Part shown: piece after piece, positions 23,924 to 37,600 of the stretch
Numbering within the stretch: position 1 is the first letter of the stretch
How the letters are laid out: each line of letters begins with the position of its first letter
Source: Azolla caroliniana
Taxonomy: Eukaryota > Plantae > Polypodiophyta
NCBI GenBank assembly: GCA_043228905.1
Contig: JBHGNT010000020.1
Coordinates: 6,262,001 to 6,326,000, forward strand
Length of the DNA stretch: 64,000 bases
Reading direction: 5' to 3'
Program-made: the position numbers and the translations under genes
Notes under the pieces: generated by a model
Databases searched by the model: none
What the model saw: only the letters and a program-made list of their open reading frames with translations
What the model was told of the DNA's origin: nothing

Positions 23924-25738
23924 ATGGGGGTTCGCTCTCCTCCTCCCTCTTCCCCTTCCCCTCCTTCTACAACGCTGAAGCTATGGATCTTCTTCACAAA
24001 CTGGTGCCTGAGACCCATGGTCCCTCATGTGAGGATGGCTATGGCCTGCCTCGTCGCCTCCATCACCTTCAACTCCAAGGCCATGGTGCTTGTGCGGACG
24101 CACTACCAGATAGCGCTCTCCATCACATCTCTGCTGACCCTACTCCTCATGATGTGGCGGCTTTGGCAGATGTTGAGGCCATCGTCGCCCTGCTACCTCC
24201 TGGACTTCTGCTGCACGGAGGCGGAAGGGAACATCAATGCGAACGAAGAGAACTTCAAGTTCTTCCTGGGGACATGGCGGGACGTGAAGGAGAGCAACCT
24301 TCTGTTCCAGTTCAAGGTCCTGTCGAGATCTGGCGTGGGAGGGGAGTCGTATGCGCCGCCCAGGCTCATCCACATGGGCGAGGACTCGTCTCTCTCAGAC
24401 GCCAGGCTGGAGACGGAGAATCTGATCGAGAAAGCCACGAGGAGGCTTCTGGCCAAGCTCTCCATCGATCCCAAAGAGATCGACATCCTCATCCTCAACT
24501 CTAGCCTCTTCAATCCCATCCCTTCCCTCACCTCCTACGTCGTCAATTCTCTGCACATGAGGAGCAACGTGAAGAGCTTCAACCTCTCGGGCATGGGCTG
24601 CTCCGCAGGCCTCATCTCCATAGGCCTGGCCAAGGATCTGTTGAAGGTCCACAAGAACTCGTTCGCCCTGGTCATCAGCACCGAGAACATCACCAGGAAC
24701 ATGTATTATGGCAACGACAGATCGTTCATGGTGTCCAACTGCCTCTTCCGGTGCGGCTGTGCAGCCATCCTGCTGACGAACAAGCCCAGCTACAGAGGCA
24801 GCGCCAAGCTAGAGCTGGTGAAATGCCTGAGGACGAATCTGGGCGCGGAGCAGGACGCGTACGAGTCGGTCCATCACATGGAGGATTCGGAAGGGAAGCT
24901 GGGCGTGAAGCTTGAGCTAAGCTTGGTGGAGGTAGCAGGCAAGGCCCTGCGAGCCAACATAGTGAAGCTGGCCCCCTCTATCCTGCCCATGGGGGAGATC
25001 GTGAGAGTAGGGATGAATGTGGTGCAGAAGAAGGTCCTGAAGATGAAGGTGAGGTCGTACGAGCCGGATTTCAAGAAAGCCATCGACCACTTCTGTATCC
25101 ACCCGGGCGGCAGGGCGGTCATCGCCTCCATCGGGAAAGGCCTGAAGCTCGACAGCTACCACATCGAGCCTGGCAAGATGGCCCTCAACAGGTTCGGCAA
25201 CACCTCCAGCAGCGGCATCTGGTATGCCCTCGCCTACTGCGAAGCCAAAGGCAGGCTCAAGAAAGGCCACAAGATCTGGCAGATTGCGCTCGGCTCTGGC
25301 TTCAAGTGCAACAGCGGGGTATGGAAGGTGTTGAAGGACATTGACCCTACCGATGCCTATGCCTGCAACCCTTGGCTCTCCTGTATCCATCGTTACCCGG
25401 TGGATGACCCGCCGCCTCCTCCTCCTCCTTCTGCTGCACCACCATCCATCCCATCTATGCAAACTTCTTCTTCATCGGATATGGCGGCACGGGCGCCCCC
25501 CCCTGTCACATCTTCATCTTCATCATCAACATCTGCGTTGATGTCGGCTGCAGCAGTACCTTCTTTGCAGCCACTGCTGCCTCTGAATAATCCGCACCCT
25601 GTTCCATCGATGGCGCCTCATCATGCAACTACAATGGTGTCATCTTCATCTCCTTCGGATGCTGTGACTACTAAAAGCATGCCTTCTGCTACTACTGCAG
25701 CAGCCATGATGCCCAAGATGGTGACAATGACATCTTGA
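23924..25738 (+). CDS. KCS: 3-ketoacyl-CoA synthase (very-long-chain fatty acid condensing enzyme, FAE1/CUT1 family), single coding exon, 604 aa
   Basis: Hydrophobic N-terminal anchor(s), CYLLDFCC, SGVGGESYAP, NSSLFNPIPSL, catalytic Cys in FNLSGMGCSAG, SNCLFRCG, His in HFCIHPGG, Asn in RFGNTSSS, and WQIALGSGFKCNS. First ATG is at 23924, directly after a polypyrimidine-CAG possible splice acceptor, so an upstream exon is possible. GC3-rich codon usage. Confidence 0.96.
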   Translation: MGVRSPPPSSPSPPSTTLKLWIFFTNWCLRPMVPHVRMAMACLVASITFNSKAMVLVRTHYQIALSITSLLTLLLMMWRLWQMLRPSSPCYLLDFCCTEAEGNINANEENFKFFLGTWRDVKESNLLFQFKVLSRSGVGGESYAPPRLIHMGEDSSLSDARLETENLIEKATRRLLAKLSIDPKEIDILILNSSLFNPIPSLTSYVVNSLHMRSNVKSFNLSGMGCSAGLISIGLAKDLLKVHKNSFALVISTENITRNMYYGNDRSFMVSNCLFRCGCAAILLTNKPSYRGSAKLELVKCLRTNLGAEQDAYESVHHMEDSEGKLGVKLELSLVEVAGKALRANIVKLAPSILPMGEIVRVGMNVVQKKVLKMKVRSYEPDFKKAIDHFCIHPGGRAVIASIGKGLKLDSYHIEPGKMALNRFGNTSSSGIWYALAYCEAKGRLKKGHKIWQIALGSGFKCNSGVWKVLKDIDPTDAYACNPWLSCIHRYPVDDPPPPPPPSAAPPSIPSMQTSSSSDMAARAPPPVTSSSSSSTSALMSAAAVPSLQPLLPLNNPHPVPSMAPHHATTMVSSSSPSDAVTTKSMPSATTAAAMMPKMVTMTS

Positions 25739-27081
25739 TTGATAACCACCACACAACTGCTACATAGGTAGGCCATTGGATCCTCCGGCCCGTCCTCTTC
25801 GAAGGTGGCATCATCATCTGCTATAATGATATATATATATTTATCTATCATCATACCAATTCAATTCCCATGGTGAGGAGAACACCTGTGATATGCTTGC
25901 TGGATGATGGACCCCTTTTTAACCTAGGGTAATGAGTAAATCCAAAACCAGTTGTTATTATTAAAGTAACCCTCTGTCTCGTGTGATATGGTTGGCACCA
26001 TTTGTATGTATGAATGAATGAATGAATGAAAGAGCAGGAATGATCAACATCTAGCTGTCTATCTAGCTACATACATAGGTGCATTACTATTATTATTACT
26101 ATTATTTTTTCTTTTCTTTTTTCCAAAAGGAAGCGGCCTAATTGGGCTGGCGGCATCGAATCTAATATGTAGAGATCGAATTCGATGAAATGTAGATTGT
26201 TTTAATAGATTTTCATGACTCTTTTAATGTTGTCCCTTTCCTTTGTTAATGTGTTATGTTGTCCGGCTCTTGTTTAGTTAAGAGTTTACATTGCATATTA
26301 TGTCATCTGTTTATTGTGTTAGCATTACATCTTTCATCTGAAAATCGTTAAATTGTATACATGCATTTTGGAACTATTGCTTTTTAACAAAAAAAAAAAC
26401 TTAAATCTGTTGTATGTATAAATAAGACATTGGTTATTTTTGGAAACATTTATTTACGCTGGCATTAAGGAAAATTATGCCCACTGATTTCGAGTCATCA
26501 AATTATTTTCTTTGCTCCTTGGAACCTAGACAAAAAATTAAATCCGACACAGTTTGTGTGCTCAATGAAAAGTCCTTTTCATTTTGATCTATATTCTTCT
26601 GGCAAAAAGTCCCCTCCCCTCCCTAAAACATGTGATATGGAGGAATACATGATTGTTTTTGTTTTTTTTCCTAATAGATTCCTATCAACACTGTGATGGT
26701 GTATGATTTATACTTTGTAACGAGATCATTTGGGCATTTCTAAGTAAATGCTCACATCAGTTTCCTTGTTTCGCAGAAAAAATAAAAGATCCGAACCAAT
26801 CGGGTAATAAATTGAGATTTTCTTCTAAAACATATTCAATTTATGCTGAAACATTTCTTTTAGTTGGTCAATGTTTTTTTCCTTTCCTTTCTCCTCGTTT
26901 TGTTTCTTGCATCGAGAAAGAAAAGAAAAGAAAAGAAAAGACAGAATGCGATGGTATGGGAGTGAGACAGTATTACCCGATTCAGGGCTTCTCTAATGCA
27001 ACTGTCTTTATGTCTACTAATTTTGCATTTGTGATCCTCAAAAACACTTTTTTCTTTTTGTCGATATTAGACCCAAAAAAA

Positions 27082-27440
27082 CCCCAATTGATGGAGAGAG
27101 TGTGAGTATGTATGTTTATGCCATAACATGGCCTTGTCAATCAATGCAATGCATGTGTATATGTATGTATGAGGTATGTGTACACATGCTTTGGTTGATT
27201 GAGGACCCATGGGCCCAAGGCTAAAAACCCTTTTTCTTCAAAACCCTAATATGTAATGGGCCCCAATTGATGGAGAGAGTGTGAGTATGTATATGTTTAT
27301 GCCATAACATGGCCTTGTCAATCAATGCAATGCATGTGTGTATATGTATGTATGAGGTATGTGTACACATGCTTTGGTTGATTGAGGACCCATGGGCCCA
27401 AGGCCAAAAACCCTTTTTCTTCAAAACCCTAATATGTAAT
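27082..27440. repeat. Direct tandem duplication, 2 x ~179 bp
   Basis: CCCCAATTGATGGAGAGAGTGTGAG...AAAACCCTAATATGTAAT begins at 27082 and again at 27261, with few differences. Confidence 0.95.
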
Positions 27441-30400
27441 AGCTTGGTGAATTTTTGCTTAGAATGAGTATTGAATAAATGAAATGTGACATCAAACTCA
27501 ATTGATGTATCCTTGTGGTGCGGATAACTGAAAAATATCTTCAAATTTTCAATTGCATTTAATGAGTGAGTGATCTCACTCACCACATATGACTGTTGCC
27601 TCTTTACAAATAGTTCTTCCCTTTTTTGGTCCTGCTTTTCTTCTAAACTTGTGAAGTTTTAGCTGTCTATGTAAGCTTGGTATCTTTGGACTCTTTTGTG
27701 CACTTTTGTCTTGAAAGAAACCTATACCTTTCTTTTTTGCGCAAACCATAGTTTCGTGTTATTGGGAAATATGCTTCCACGCTATTGTAAGGTGTTTAAT
27801 CGCATCTCTCCACTTGTGCATTAGCCTGCATATCAATTATATTGTTCTCAAGGATATATGTATACACATCTATAAATCATTGCAGCCAAAGGAACACCTT
27901 TTTGAAGAAGAAAAATAGTAGTAAATTCTAGTTCTTGCAAATAAATATGTTATTTGGGTGTGATCCCTGTGACTGCGACCAATGGAGTGGTGGGTGACCA
28001 AGTATTGAATGTAGTAGGTGAACATAGATGATAGGGTAAATAAACATATGGATAAAAGGTATGAGCAAACTAAGGTTGTAGTACTTCGAACTAAGGTTGT
28101 CGTACTTCAAGCCATCCTTGTAGTTGTAATGTTTGATTGGATTGGTGGTGCAAGAACATACGTCTCAATTGTATCATCTTCCTAGTGTGATAATAATGCT
28201 TGTTCACTTTGTAATATAAGGACTCGTTTCTTCCAATTTGTGTCTCTACATTGGTTGGTTTGTATTGTGCAAAGAGTCCTTTCCCCCGGGCACAATCTAC
28301 ATGATCTAATTTAAGCTAGAATGTAGCATGGAGTATCATAATGACAAGAGCAAAACATATAAACGTTTTGGTTTGATGGGAAAAACATATGCTCCCTATT
28401 ATGTTAGACATTTCAACTATTTAAAATTGTAGTGTGCATTTATAAAGTTTTTTACGTGATGGATAATTGGCATTTAATTAATGCTTTCACCTTAACCCAT
28501 GTTCACAAGGCATATTTAGATTGTCAAGGTGTTTGCAAGGAGGTCAAACTACGAGGTAGTACACTTTGAATGAAGCACATGTAGTATGAAGAATAGAAAC
28601 GTGATTACGTCCTTGAAAAACACAATGAGTTCCAACAGTAGAGCAATCAAAACAACCATGTTACATGTAACATAACATGTTGACGATTTCTACATGCTTA
28701 GATAATAGAAGTTAAAGGTTTTTCTTTAATAAAAATTGATTGACCATCTCAAATGCATCTTGTTGTAAGGGAAAGGCGAAAGGAAAACGGTGCACACATA
28801 TTACATTAGATACACATCCTGTGCAAAATGAGGAATCAAATGGTACGAATAAGAGTTTTGGTTTCGTTATGGGAAGTTCATGTGTGCAATGGTAAAGGTC
28901 TACTAATTTAGTTTTATAAAATTAGTTTTCTTTGTCAAACTTGATGAAGCACAAATGATGCCAAACATCAAGTTAGTTGGCAATCTTAGAAGAAGCAAGT
29001 ATATAAGAATGACCGTTTTCTATCATTTCATATTCAAGGGAAGTATTAAAATTGTGTGGTACAGTGGCCAATGTTGTTTAGTTGTGCAATATAAGAAGCT
29101 CTCAAAATGAATGAATGTCAGATCTTAATATTGCAAGTTAAGCACTTTTAACTAAGGGTTGTGGGCCTTGCAATTTTTACCCCATTTCCAATGATAAGTA
29201 CTAGAGTCAATGTCCTTCTGGTGCTAAAAAAAAGCACGTTTACTAGAAGTTAATGAGCTTTTATGTAAATTTCTTGACTTAAAATCATATCATATCATGA
29301 TCGAGAAGTACCCTTGGCTTCACTTTCAACATTTAAAGAGACTTTCTATATGGAAATTCCAGGTCTAGACTTCAAAGTTCAAACGTAGTTCCATTATCCA
29401 TATACAATGTCCGTTGTCTTCTCTTATCTGTTACACGCTATCTAAACCTTTGTTTGCATATTTTATTTGTCCTTTCTCAATGAGTCCCTAGTACCTACAC
29501 ATGGAATTTTTTTATATCCTAACATGATCTCTCTTTGTTTGTATGAATTTTGCGATGCATGCTATATGGATAGTCTCTCAATTCACATGATTTATAAAGC
29601 TTCCACTCTATGTGATCTTTTTTGACGGGTGCCACATTACAAAGAAGATGAAAAATCTTAATGTGAGGTGTGAACTTTTTGCACAAATTTGATCGTAGTA
29701 TTGAAATAATGATAAAGCAGAAACCTTCACAAAAGAAGAGGGTTATATATATTATATCTTTCTTTACTCGATTGAATGCTTTCTTTGTCGTGTACCGCAA
29801 GATCCTTAATCAATGTCTAAAGTTTCTTTGTTGCACAAGTCTTCGTTGCTTGCATACAGACTAGTATAGACACGACACCATACCTTTAGTTAGGATATGA
29901 AAATGCCAAGAACGTCAAAATATTCTTGAAGTCTCGGTACCGAAAAGCTGATAGTTGCAAGTTAATGTGCTATTTATATTTTTTAAAATGTAACCAAATT
30001 TGTCTGATTAGCGTCGATGATGATACTTCCCTTTATCTAGTATTATTTTCAACAAAATTCCAAGATTTATTAAAGTTCCAAGATTTCTTTGCAAGATATG
30101 AGCTTTTTTTACATCAACTTTAATATGATTAGAATCACATGTTCCTAATCATATGCATTCTACGCTTTCACATAAACTTTTATTTGCTATGATTATTTCA
30201 TTAGAATCATATGGAATTATATGATTCCTAGCTTTCTACACACAAGAGGTATCAACATTCTAATCATAAAGTTCTCATAATGAAGTTATTTTGCTCTCCC
30301 ACTGTTTTATGGACAAACTTTTATGTCATATGATCATTAGAATGTGTAGTGCTTTCACCTTACCACACAACAATAAATTGTAACTATTGACACAACATTT

Positions 30401-30730
30401 CTCGATTAGCACTTGAAGAATTAGAGTTGTAGAACTTGCTTAATATGAGTATAAGAAAGTATCGAGTTACTTGCTTCAAAGATGGAAGAGAGGAATCCAA
30501 TGACAGGAAAAATGGCTACCAAACTTTTGGTTTTGAAACCAAAATATTCATGGATTATTACAAGATAATCTTTAGTGTGGAATACTCTTACATCCATGTT
30601 GCAAACTTATTCAAGGTTTAAATACTTTGGCACTCAATTGAAGACTAAAGATTTGCACAAACTTGGATTACATAAGTCAAAAATAAAGAAGATCTTGATT
30701 CTGAGTCCATATCATGTCACAGAAGTGACG

Positions 30731-30930
30731 AGAACATGTTAAAAATTTGCACCTACTCGATGTTATAGAAGCCAAATATATAATACTCCAATTCTCATGT
30801 TTCAAAAGTGATGTGAATATGTTAAAGGTTTGCACGAAGTCAAGATGATAGAAGTCAAACAAGTTAAAGATCCGAACAAACTCGAGATGATAGAAGTCAA
30901 ACGTGTTAAAGCTTTGCACAAAGTTGAGAA
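30731..30930. repeat. Degenerate ~41-bp tandem repeat
   Basis: Recurring unit like TGTTAAAGNTTTGCACNAANTCRAGATGATAGAAGTCAAAC, 3-4 copies. Confidence 0.6.
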
Positions 30931-32602
30931 ATCAAATAGAAAATATTTAAATTATTAATACATAATGTTATAAAAACAACGTGAACATGTTAAAGATGTG
31001 AGCATATTTGGATTGGGGCATCAAATAGAGAATATTTCAATTCTCTATACATAACGTGATTCATAATGAAACCGGAAAGCAAAAGAGAAATGGCTAGAGC
31101 GAGCTTTGAAAAGTGTAATTCGGCGGGCGATAATGGCTAAGGTGAGCATTGCTATGGGCGAGCAGTGTTGCTTGCAAGGTCTCTAGGTTTTTGCCGCCCG
31201 CGTCCCGGAACTTCTTTGTGATTTCCTCGCAAGCAAGCAAACTCAGGATTTGTTTCCTGGCATTTGATCCGTCCTTGGAATTTCTTTATGCGGAACAAAG
31301 AATTCATGCCCCCAACCACTTGCCAGTCTTGCTTTAACAACTAGGTTTAGTTCCCCGAAATGATTGATATCTCAAACGAATGTGGCCCGAGGGAAGGGAG
31401 TTAGCTCGCTCCCAGTGCTCACGATAAAGAAAATCGGATAGGCTTCAGGAAGGCCAAAAAAGCGGCACGAAATAACATTGGGATTCCGAAAGTATACACT
31501 TAAGATAGATTTAGAACAAGACCCGAATCCCACCATAAGTGGCAAACCCCATTACTCATGTAATAAGACAAAGCTAAGAAAGCAAAATTGACTAAGCCTG
31601 GAACAAAACAATAAGAGTAGTTTACAATAAAGAAAGCGCATTAGTAACGATTCTCGAAAGTGAGGCTGAGATGACCAACCTTCAAGGGAAGTACTTGTGT
31701 GGAAAATATGATCCTAGTACATGAAACTTGAAATTTTGATTTTGTATCAATGTACACTATGTTATGAAGTTAATTCAAGTTTGTTGTGCAATATAGTATG
31801 GGAAATGCACACATTATTCCAGAATATAATTCCACTTTTTATGATATTTTATCAAGATACAAATCAATGTTTGATAGATTCAAATTCGAACTCCTAGCAG
31901 AGCATGGATACATTCTTCTATTATAGTAATACTTTTGGTGATGACGGGTTGAAGAAATATGGTACAATCTTACAAATAAATTCAGTGATGCATTTTATAA
32001 CTCCATGATATTCTTGAGAAAATGGTCTAATATTAGCGGAAATAGGCTGTATTCAAAAAGCTATGTAAAAATCATTAAGGTTAGGTATAGATCCTTTGCT
32101 ACTTGATGCATTAGCTACGCTTAGAATGTAGCGAAACATAAAAAAGGATGTATCGATTCACATAAGCAAAACCATCACTTTAAACAAGTAGTTATTTCTA
32201 CAAAAATGTGCAATTATTAATCTGATTAAGGAGATTCAATATTTCTGCATTAAAAAAGTTGGGTTTTATGACAATTTTTTCGATGTAGGCTTCTAGATTT
32301 TGCTCCTTGAGATGGTTGGGAGCTGAACAATGCTAATCGTAGATCTCGATTTGATCAAAGAACAACCAGAATAACACATATGTACTCATGAAAACACATG
32401 GCTACATAAGGTGAGTTGGGACCCTTAGCAATGGACGTGGCACGATCCTTACGTGGGTCAAGGAAGCAAAGCCATCCCATTCTTCCAATTCACGACTAGA
32501 TTGGGTCGTCACATTCTAGTTGCTCAAACCGCCCAAGAGCCGACTATTGCAAAGGTATGGGACACATATCATGTTCCTCATACACCTATCACTAAGTTTT
32601 AA

Positions 32603-32800
32603 CAACTTTGGAAACAACAACACGCTAGGCGAATTACCACATTCCAATGACTATTAATACATAAGTCACTACTGTTTGGAGTGTGGCAATGTGGGAACCT
32701 TAGCTCTCCTAATTGTGTAGCATGCCCAAATGCAACAAAATCAATCCGACACACCTTGTGGGATTGCCCAAAAACCCATCGAATATGGCGGGGGGTTGGC
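32603..32800 (+). pseudogene. LINE (L1-type) ORF2 C-terminal zinc-binding (zf-RVT) remnant
   Basis: Manual translation QLWKQQHARRITTFQ*LLIHKSLLFG...PNCVACPNATKSIRHTLWDCPKTHRIW fits the W..W..H..L..CxxC..H...C....W pattern. Confidence 0.7.
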
Positions 32801-34681
32801 CACCTATTGTAATTATGCCAAGTGTAAGGCATAATCAAGTGGGGAATGTCATGATGCCACTCACATCATGCCTCTAAAAGATTTGAACCCACAACCTTGC
32901 TATACACATGTCAAATCCTTAACCATGTAATAACATGCCTATTTGAGCGACGTTTTGAGCGCCAACAAATGTTACGTCGCCAACCGGAACAGACGTATGC
33001 TTCTGTAGTCACAACGCCTCCACAAGTTTCCAGACCCATTACAAGGGATGGACCAACGCCGATGGAAATAAAGACAACACAACATCGAGGGACTTTATCA
33101 GATGCTGAGAAGCAACGACGTCGAGCGCACCACCTATGCCTATATTGTGGCGGTCCAGGACATATAGTCGTGAATTGTCCACATAAACCTAGACGTTAAG
33201 TATACCAAGTAAGTGCACATGAAATCCCTACTTCGAGTTCCATTGTTACTTCTAATAACATAAAAAAGCCTAATAGTCCATGGCATGAGAATAGATTCGA
33301 TGTCTTGAGTCAATTAGAGGATGTGTTAAACGAGTAAGTCTGACCAAAATAGGAGCCATTTGGTTGGACCATCCTAGATATGTAGACTTAGTTCCTAGTC
33401 ATGGTTCCATTTCATCGAGTCAAGTGAGTAGAGTTTTTCTGCACAAGTTGAGCTTACCACATCTACATGTCATCGAGTCCTAGCCTTTGGCCTCCTAGAT
33501 TCTGGAGCCAACTCTTGTTTCATGGATCGTGAATTTGCATTGTCACAAAACATCCTTTTGAATAAGCTCCTGAATCCAGTAGCCGTAGGAGTCATTGATG
33601 GCCATCCCATAGCATCAGGTGATATAGTCAAGGAGTCTGAGCCAATTCGTATAGTTCTTGGCGATTTGGCAAGCACAATCTCTTTCAACAATTCGCAGTC
33701 TAGAACACCCAATAGTTCTAGGTCTCCCTTGGTTTGAACTCCATAACCCGAAGATTGATTGGATGAAAAGGACAATTGAGGAGACCCAGGAAGAAAGAAC
33801 AAAGCTCGCATCCCTCAACACTTCGACATTTGATACTAGATCCCATAAGTTATCGACCATCTCTTTACGCCAGTTACGCGAGGAAGGGGGGGACCGAGGA
33901 TATGTTCGTATTTGCAATAGTAGTAACTCTATCATCCACCTTACATGAAGGGGACATTAAACTACCAGAGAAATACAAAGAGTTATCCGACGTCTTGGAT
34001 AAGGAGAAGGCCAATACATTGCTAGAGCATCGACCATACGACTGGCCTATTGACTTACAACCATGGAAAGAACCTCCATGGGGCCCAATTTATAATCTCT
34101 CCCCTGTAGAGCTAGAGACTTTGCGGGAATATATCAATGAGAATCTCGCAAATGGATTCATTCGGCATTCTAGATCCCCTGCTGGTGCACCTATCTTCTT
34201 CATTAAGAAAAAGAATGGGTCTCTTCGGTTGGTCGTGGATTATCGAGGGTTAAACAAAGTGACCATCCAGAATAGATATGCTCTATCGTTAATCCCAAAT
34301 CTTTTGGAACGTCTTAGTGGAGCAAAATATTTCACGAAATTGGACCTTCGTGGTGCATATGATCTAGTTTGGATTTGTCTGGGGGATGAATGGAAGATTG
34401 CTTTTCGCACTCGCTATGGACATTTCGAGTATACCGTGATACCATTCGATCTCACGAATGCACCTGTAGTTTCCAGCATATGGCGAATGATATTTTTCGA
34501 GATTTTCTCGATATCTTCACTATAGTTTACCTAGATGACATTTTGATCTACTCGAAGACCCAAGAAGAGCACGACAAACATGTTCGTCAGGTACTACGTT
34601 GACTACGAGAATATGGTCTCTACGCAAAATTAGAAAAGTGTAGTTTCGGCCAGAATCAAGTGGAATTTTTGGGGTACGTTG

Positions 34682-37600
34682 CATGGTTGTTTATGTACCC
34701 GTATATTTAACGTTTAAATACGTATAATACCTTATCATTTGTATAGTACATACTATACCTCAATGTTTTTCAATCAAATATCATATACATTTGTCCAATA
34801 TGGTATTTAATGTATTTATAAAAAAACAGGTATAATACGTATTTATAAAGAAAATGTAAGTAAAACCCCAACAAAAAGCAAAAGAAAAAAAAGATTTTAG
34901 TGAAAAAGAAGCCAAAGGAAGGAAGAAAGAAGAATAAAAGAGACGACGATGAAGATGATGAAGAAGAAGAGAGAAAAGAAGACATAAACCTGTCCTGACT
35001 CTGAGTGTGATAATCGCAGAAGATAGAAGAAGAAGAAGAAGAAAACGAAGAAAAGAGAAACCTATCATGAGTGTGATAATCATAGACAATTCCTCAATCT
35101 ATGAAGGCATAATTGTAAATAATTACAATTTGAAGGAGAACATCGTGATACAAACGCCGGTTCGTATCGGGGACGTGAAGGAACCGGTGGTGGCATTAAT
35201 CGACCATGGGTCGGAAATTAACCTGATGTCCATGGACTTCTATAGAAAGGGGAATTTGCCGATCAACACCAAACACGGGTGGAAGATACGCGAGGCTACA
35301 AGAGCCACAAAAGAACTACACGGGGCTTGCCCGAACGTCAGGGTGAGCGTCAGAGACGTCGACATAAACCAACACTTTTTCGTGCAAGAGACGTCCTCCC
35401 ACCCGTTCATCCTCGGCGAACCGTACATCACGGCGGCTAGAATGAAGACGAAAGTGTTGGACAATGGTTCAGCCTATGCGAGGGTAAAAAGTCAGGCCGA
35501 CTGTCGTTCCGTGTAATTTTTGACCGTTCGGAAGAATCACGAGCGGAACAGGGACACCCTCGGAAATAACGACAAGGCGGATTTTTAGAAAGGGCTATGA
35601 AGGCATGGGGCCACGATAGTCCGGATAGCCGGAAAATTCCCCACATCTATAAACTAGGAAGGAAAGTTTTGTTCTCCGACAACGGGGGGTGTACCATAGC
35701 CAGCATCAGTGGCGGAGAAAGAAAGCGGGCCGAGATACGCTTTAAAGCATGCGGAGCCTTGAGTCACGATGAAGGGATTGGGGAAGCCGTGGAGGCGGTC
35801 TCATTCGATGATACCCTTGGAGAAATCAAGAGGTAGTCGAGGAAGGCCTAAGCAAAGACCGAGTCGTACCGGTCAACTCCGTCGACATGTATGAAGTCAT
35901 TGCGGACTTCGAAAGAAAAACCAGGGCGCATCGGATCGCCTGAGTAGACACCAAGTACAAGAGTGTGGACCGGAAGGTGAAGCCCGTCGCGGCTCCCTTA
36001 TCGGAGGGCAGCTAGGAATGAATAATGGGGGTCGCTACCGACCCGAGCTTGCGAGATCTGGCTGGCATAGGACACCGTTTCACCGACAAAACGCTACGAG
36101 AGTTGAAGATCGGTGGGGGTGGCTTCCTACTGCCGACGGAAGAGGACCGGTTCAGAAGGATGCTCGAGAGGCATGGGAAAGCCTTCGCATTCTCGCTGGG
36201 AGAGATCGGACCATTGTCGAATCAATGGTGATCTTTACCGTGCCGCATGTGCCATGGAGTCTGAAACCAATTCAAGTACCGAGAGCTCACATGCCAATGT
36301 TGATGGAGCTTCTTAAGCAGAAGGAGCTGGGCATCCTCGAACCATCGAGTGCCCCTTACTCTAATCGGTGGTTTACGGTACCAAAGAAGAACGGTATGCT
36401 GCGCTTCATCTAGGACTTACAGTTGGTCAGCAAGGTGACCATCCGCAATACGGGAGTTGGGCCATCGATCGATGAGTTCGCGGAAGCCTTCGCCGGAAGG
36501 TCCATATACTCGATCGGAGACCTTTACTCGGGGTACGACCAGTTCCAGCTGGCCGTGGAAAGCAGGGACATCACAACAATGCGAACCCATCTCGGCCTAG
36601 TTCGAATGTGTACCCTACCACAGGGAGGGACCAACTCGGTGACACACATAGTGAATGCAATGAACAGAGTCCTGCGGGACTGCATTCCGGACATCACCAT
36701 GGCTTTCCTGGATGACATCCCTATCAAGGGGTGTCCGGAGGACACCAAGGATTAATCAATCGGCGCGGACGGGTGCCGAAGGTTTGTCATAGATCATATC
36801 TCCGATTGTGAGAAGATACTACAGAGGCTCGAAGACGCGCGACTTACCTTCTCGGGAGAAAAGTCGGCCTTCGGACAACTAGAGATCTTAGTGGTGGGCC
36901 ATCTATGTGGGTCGTATGGCCGGAAGCCATCGCCGAGCAAGGTAGAGGCCATCTCGGCAATGAAGGAGGAGTGCGGATCCATCACAGAGGTCCGATGATT
37001 CTTAGGAGCATGCGCCTTTTACCACATATGGATCCCTCATTACGCACACGTCGCTGAACCACTCTATGGCTTGCTAAAGAAGAGCAGGAAATTTGAATGG
37101 ACAAAGGAACATACCAAGGCAATCCGGAGGCTAAAACGAACGCTCACCGCGGCACCACTTTACGCAAAGTAGAATACGCATCGGGAACTCCGGTCTACAT
37201 CATGGTGGACACTAGCCCGACTGGGATTGGATGGGTCGTAAATCAAGAGGACGAAGACGACACGCATTTTCCTATCCGGTTTGGTGCGAAGGTATTGAGC
37301 GAGCGACAACGAGGATACGCCCAAGTCAAGTGCGAGCTATGGGGTATCGTTTCGGCGGTTAAGGTCGACAAAGATTACCTAATCGGGACATAAGTGATTA
37401 TAGAAATGGACTGCCTGCCGATTCTCGGTATGGTCTCCGGATGCGCAACTCCTGACCTGGCCATGCTCAGGTGGATTGCATACATAAAGTCCCAGAACCC
37501 AGAGATACGACACATCTTGGGTAAAGACAACGCCATGGCCGATATGATTTCCAGAGCAAGGTTCGAGGATGAGGACGACATGGTATCGGAGAACGAAGAA

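Noticed and set aside
23449-24504. 351-aa ORF overlapping KCS in another frame
   Set aside because: It begins in microsatellites and shadows a GC3-rich CDS; no recognisable domain.
31070-31700. Possible LINE ORF2 remnant on the minus strand
   Set aside because: Composition is coding-like, but no diagnostic motif could be confirmed by eye; it needs a translated profile search.
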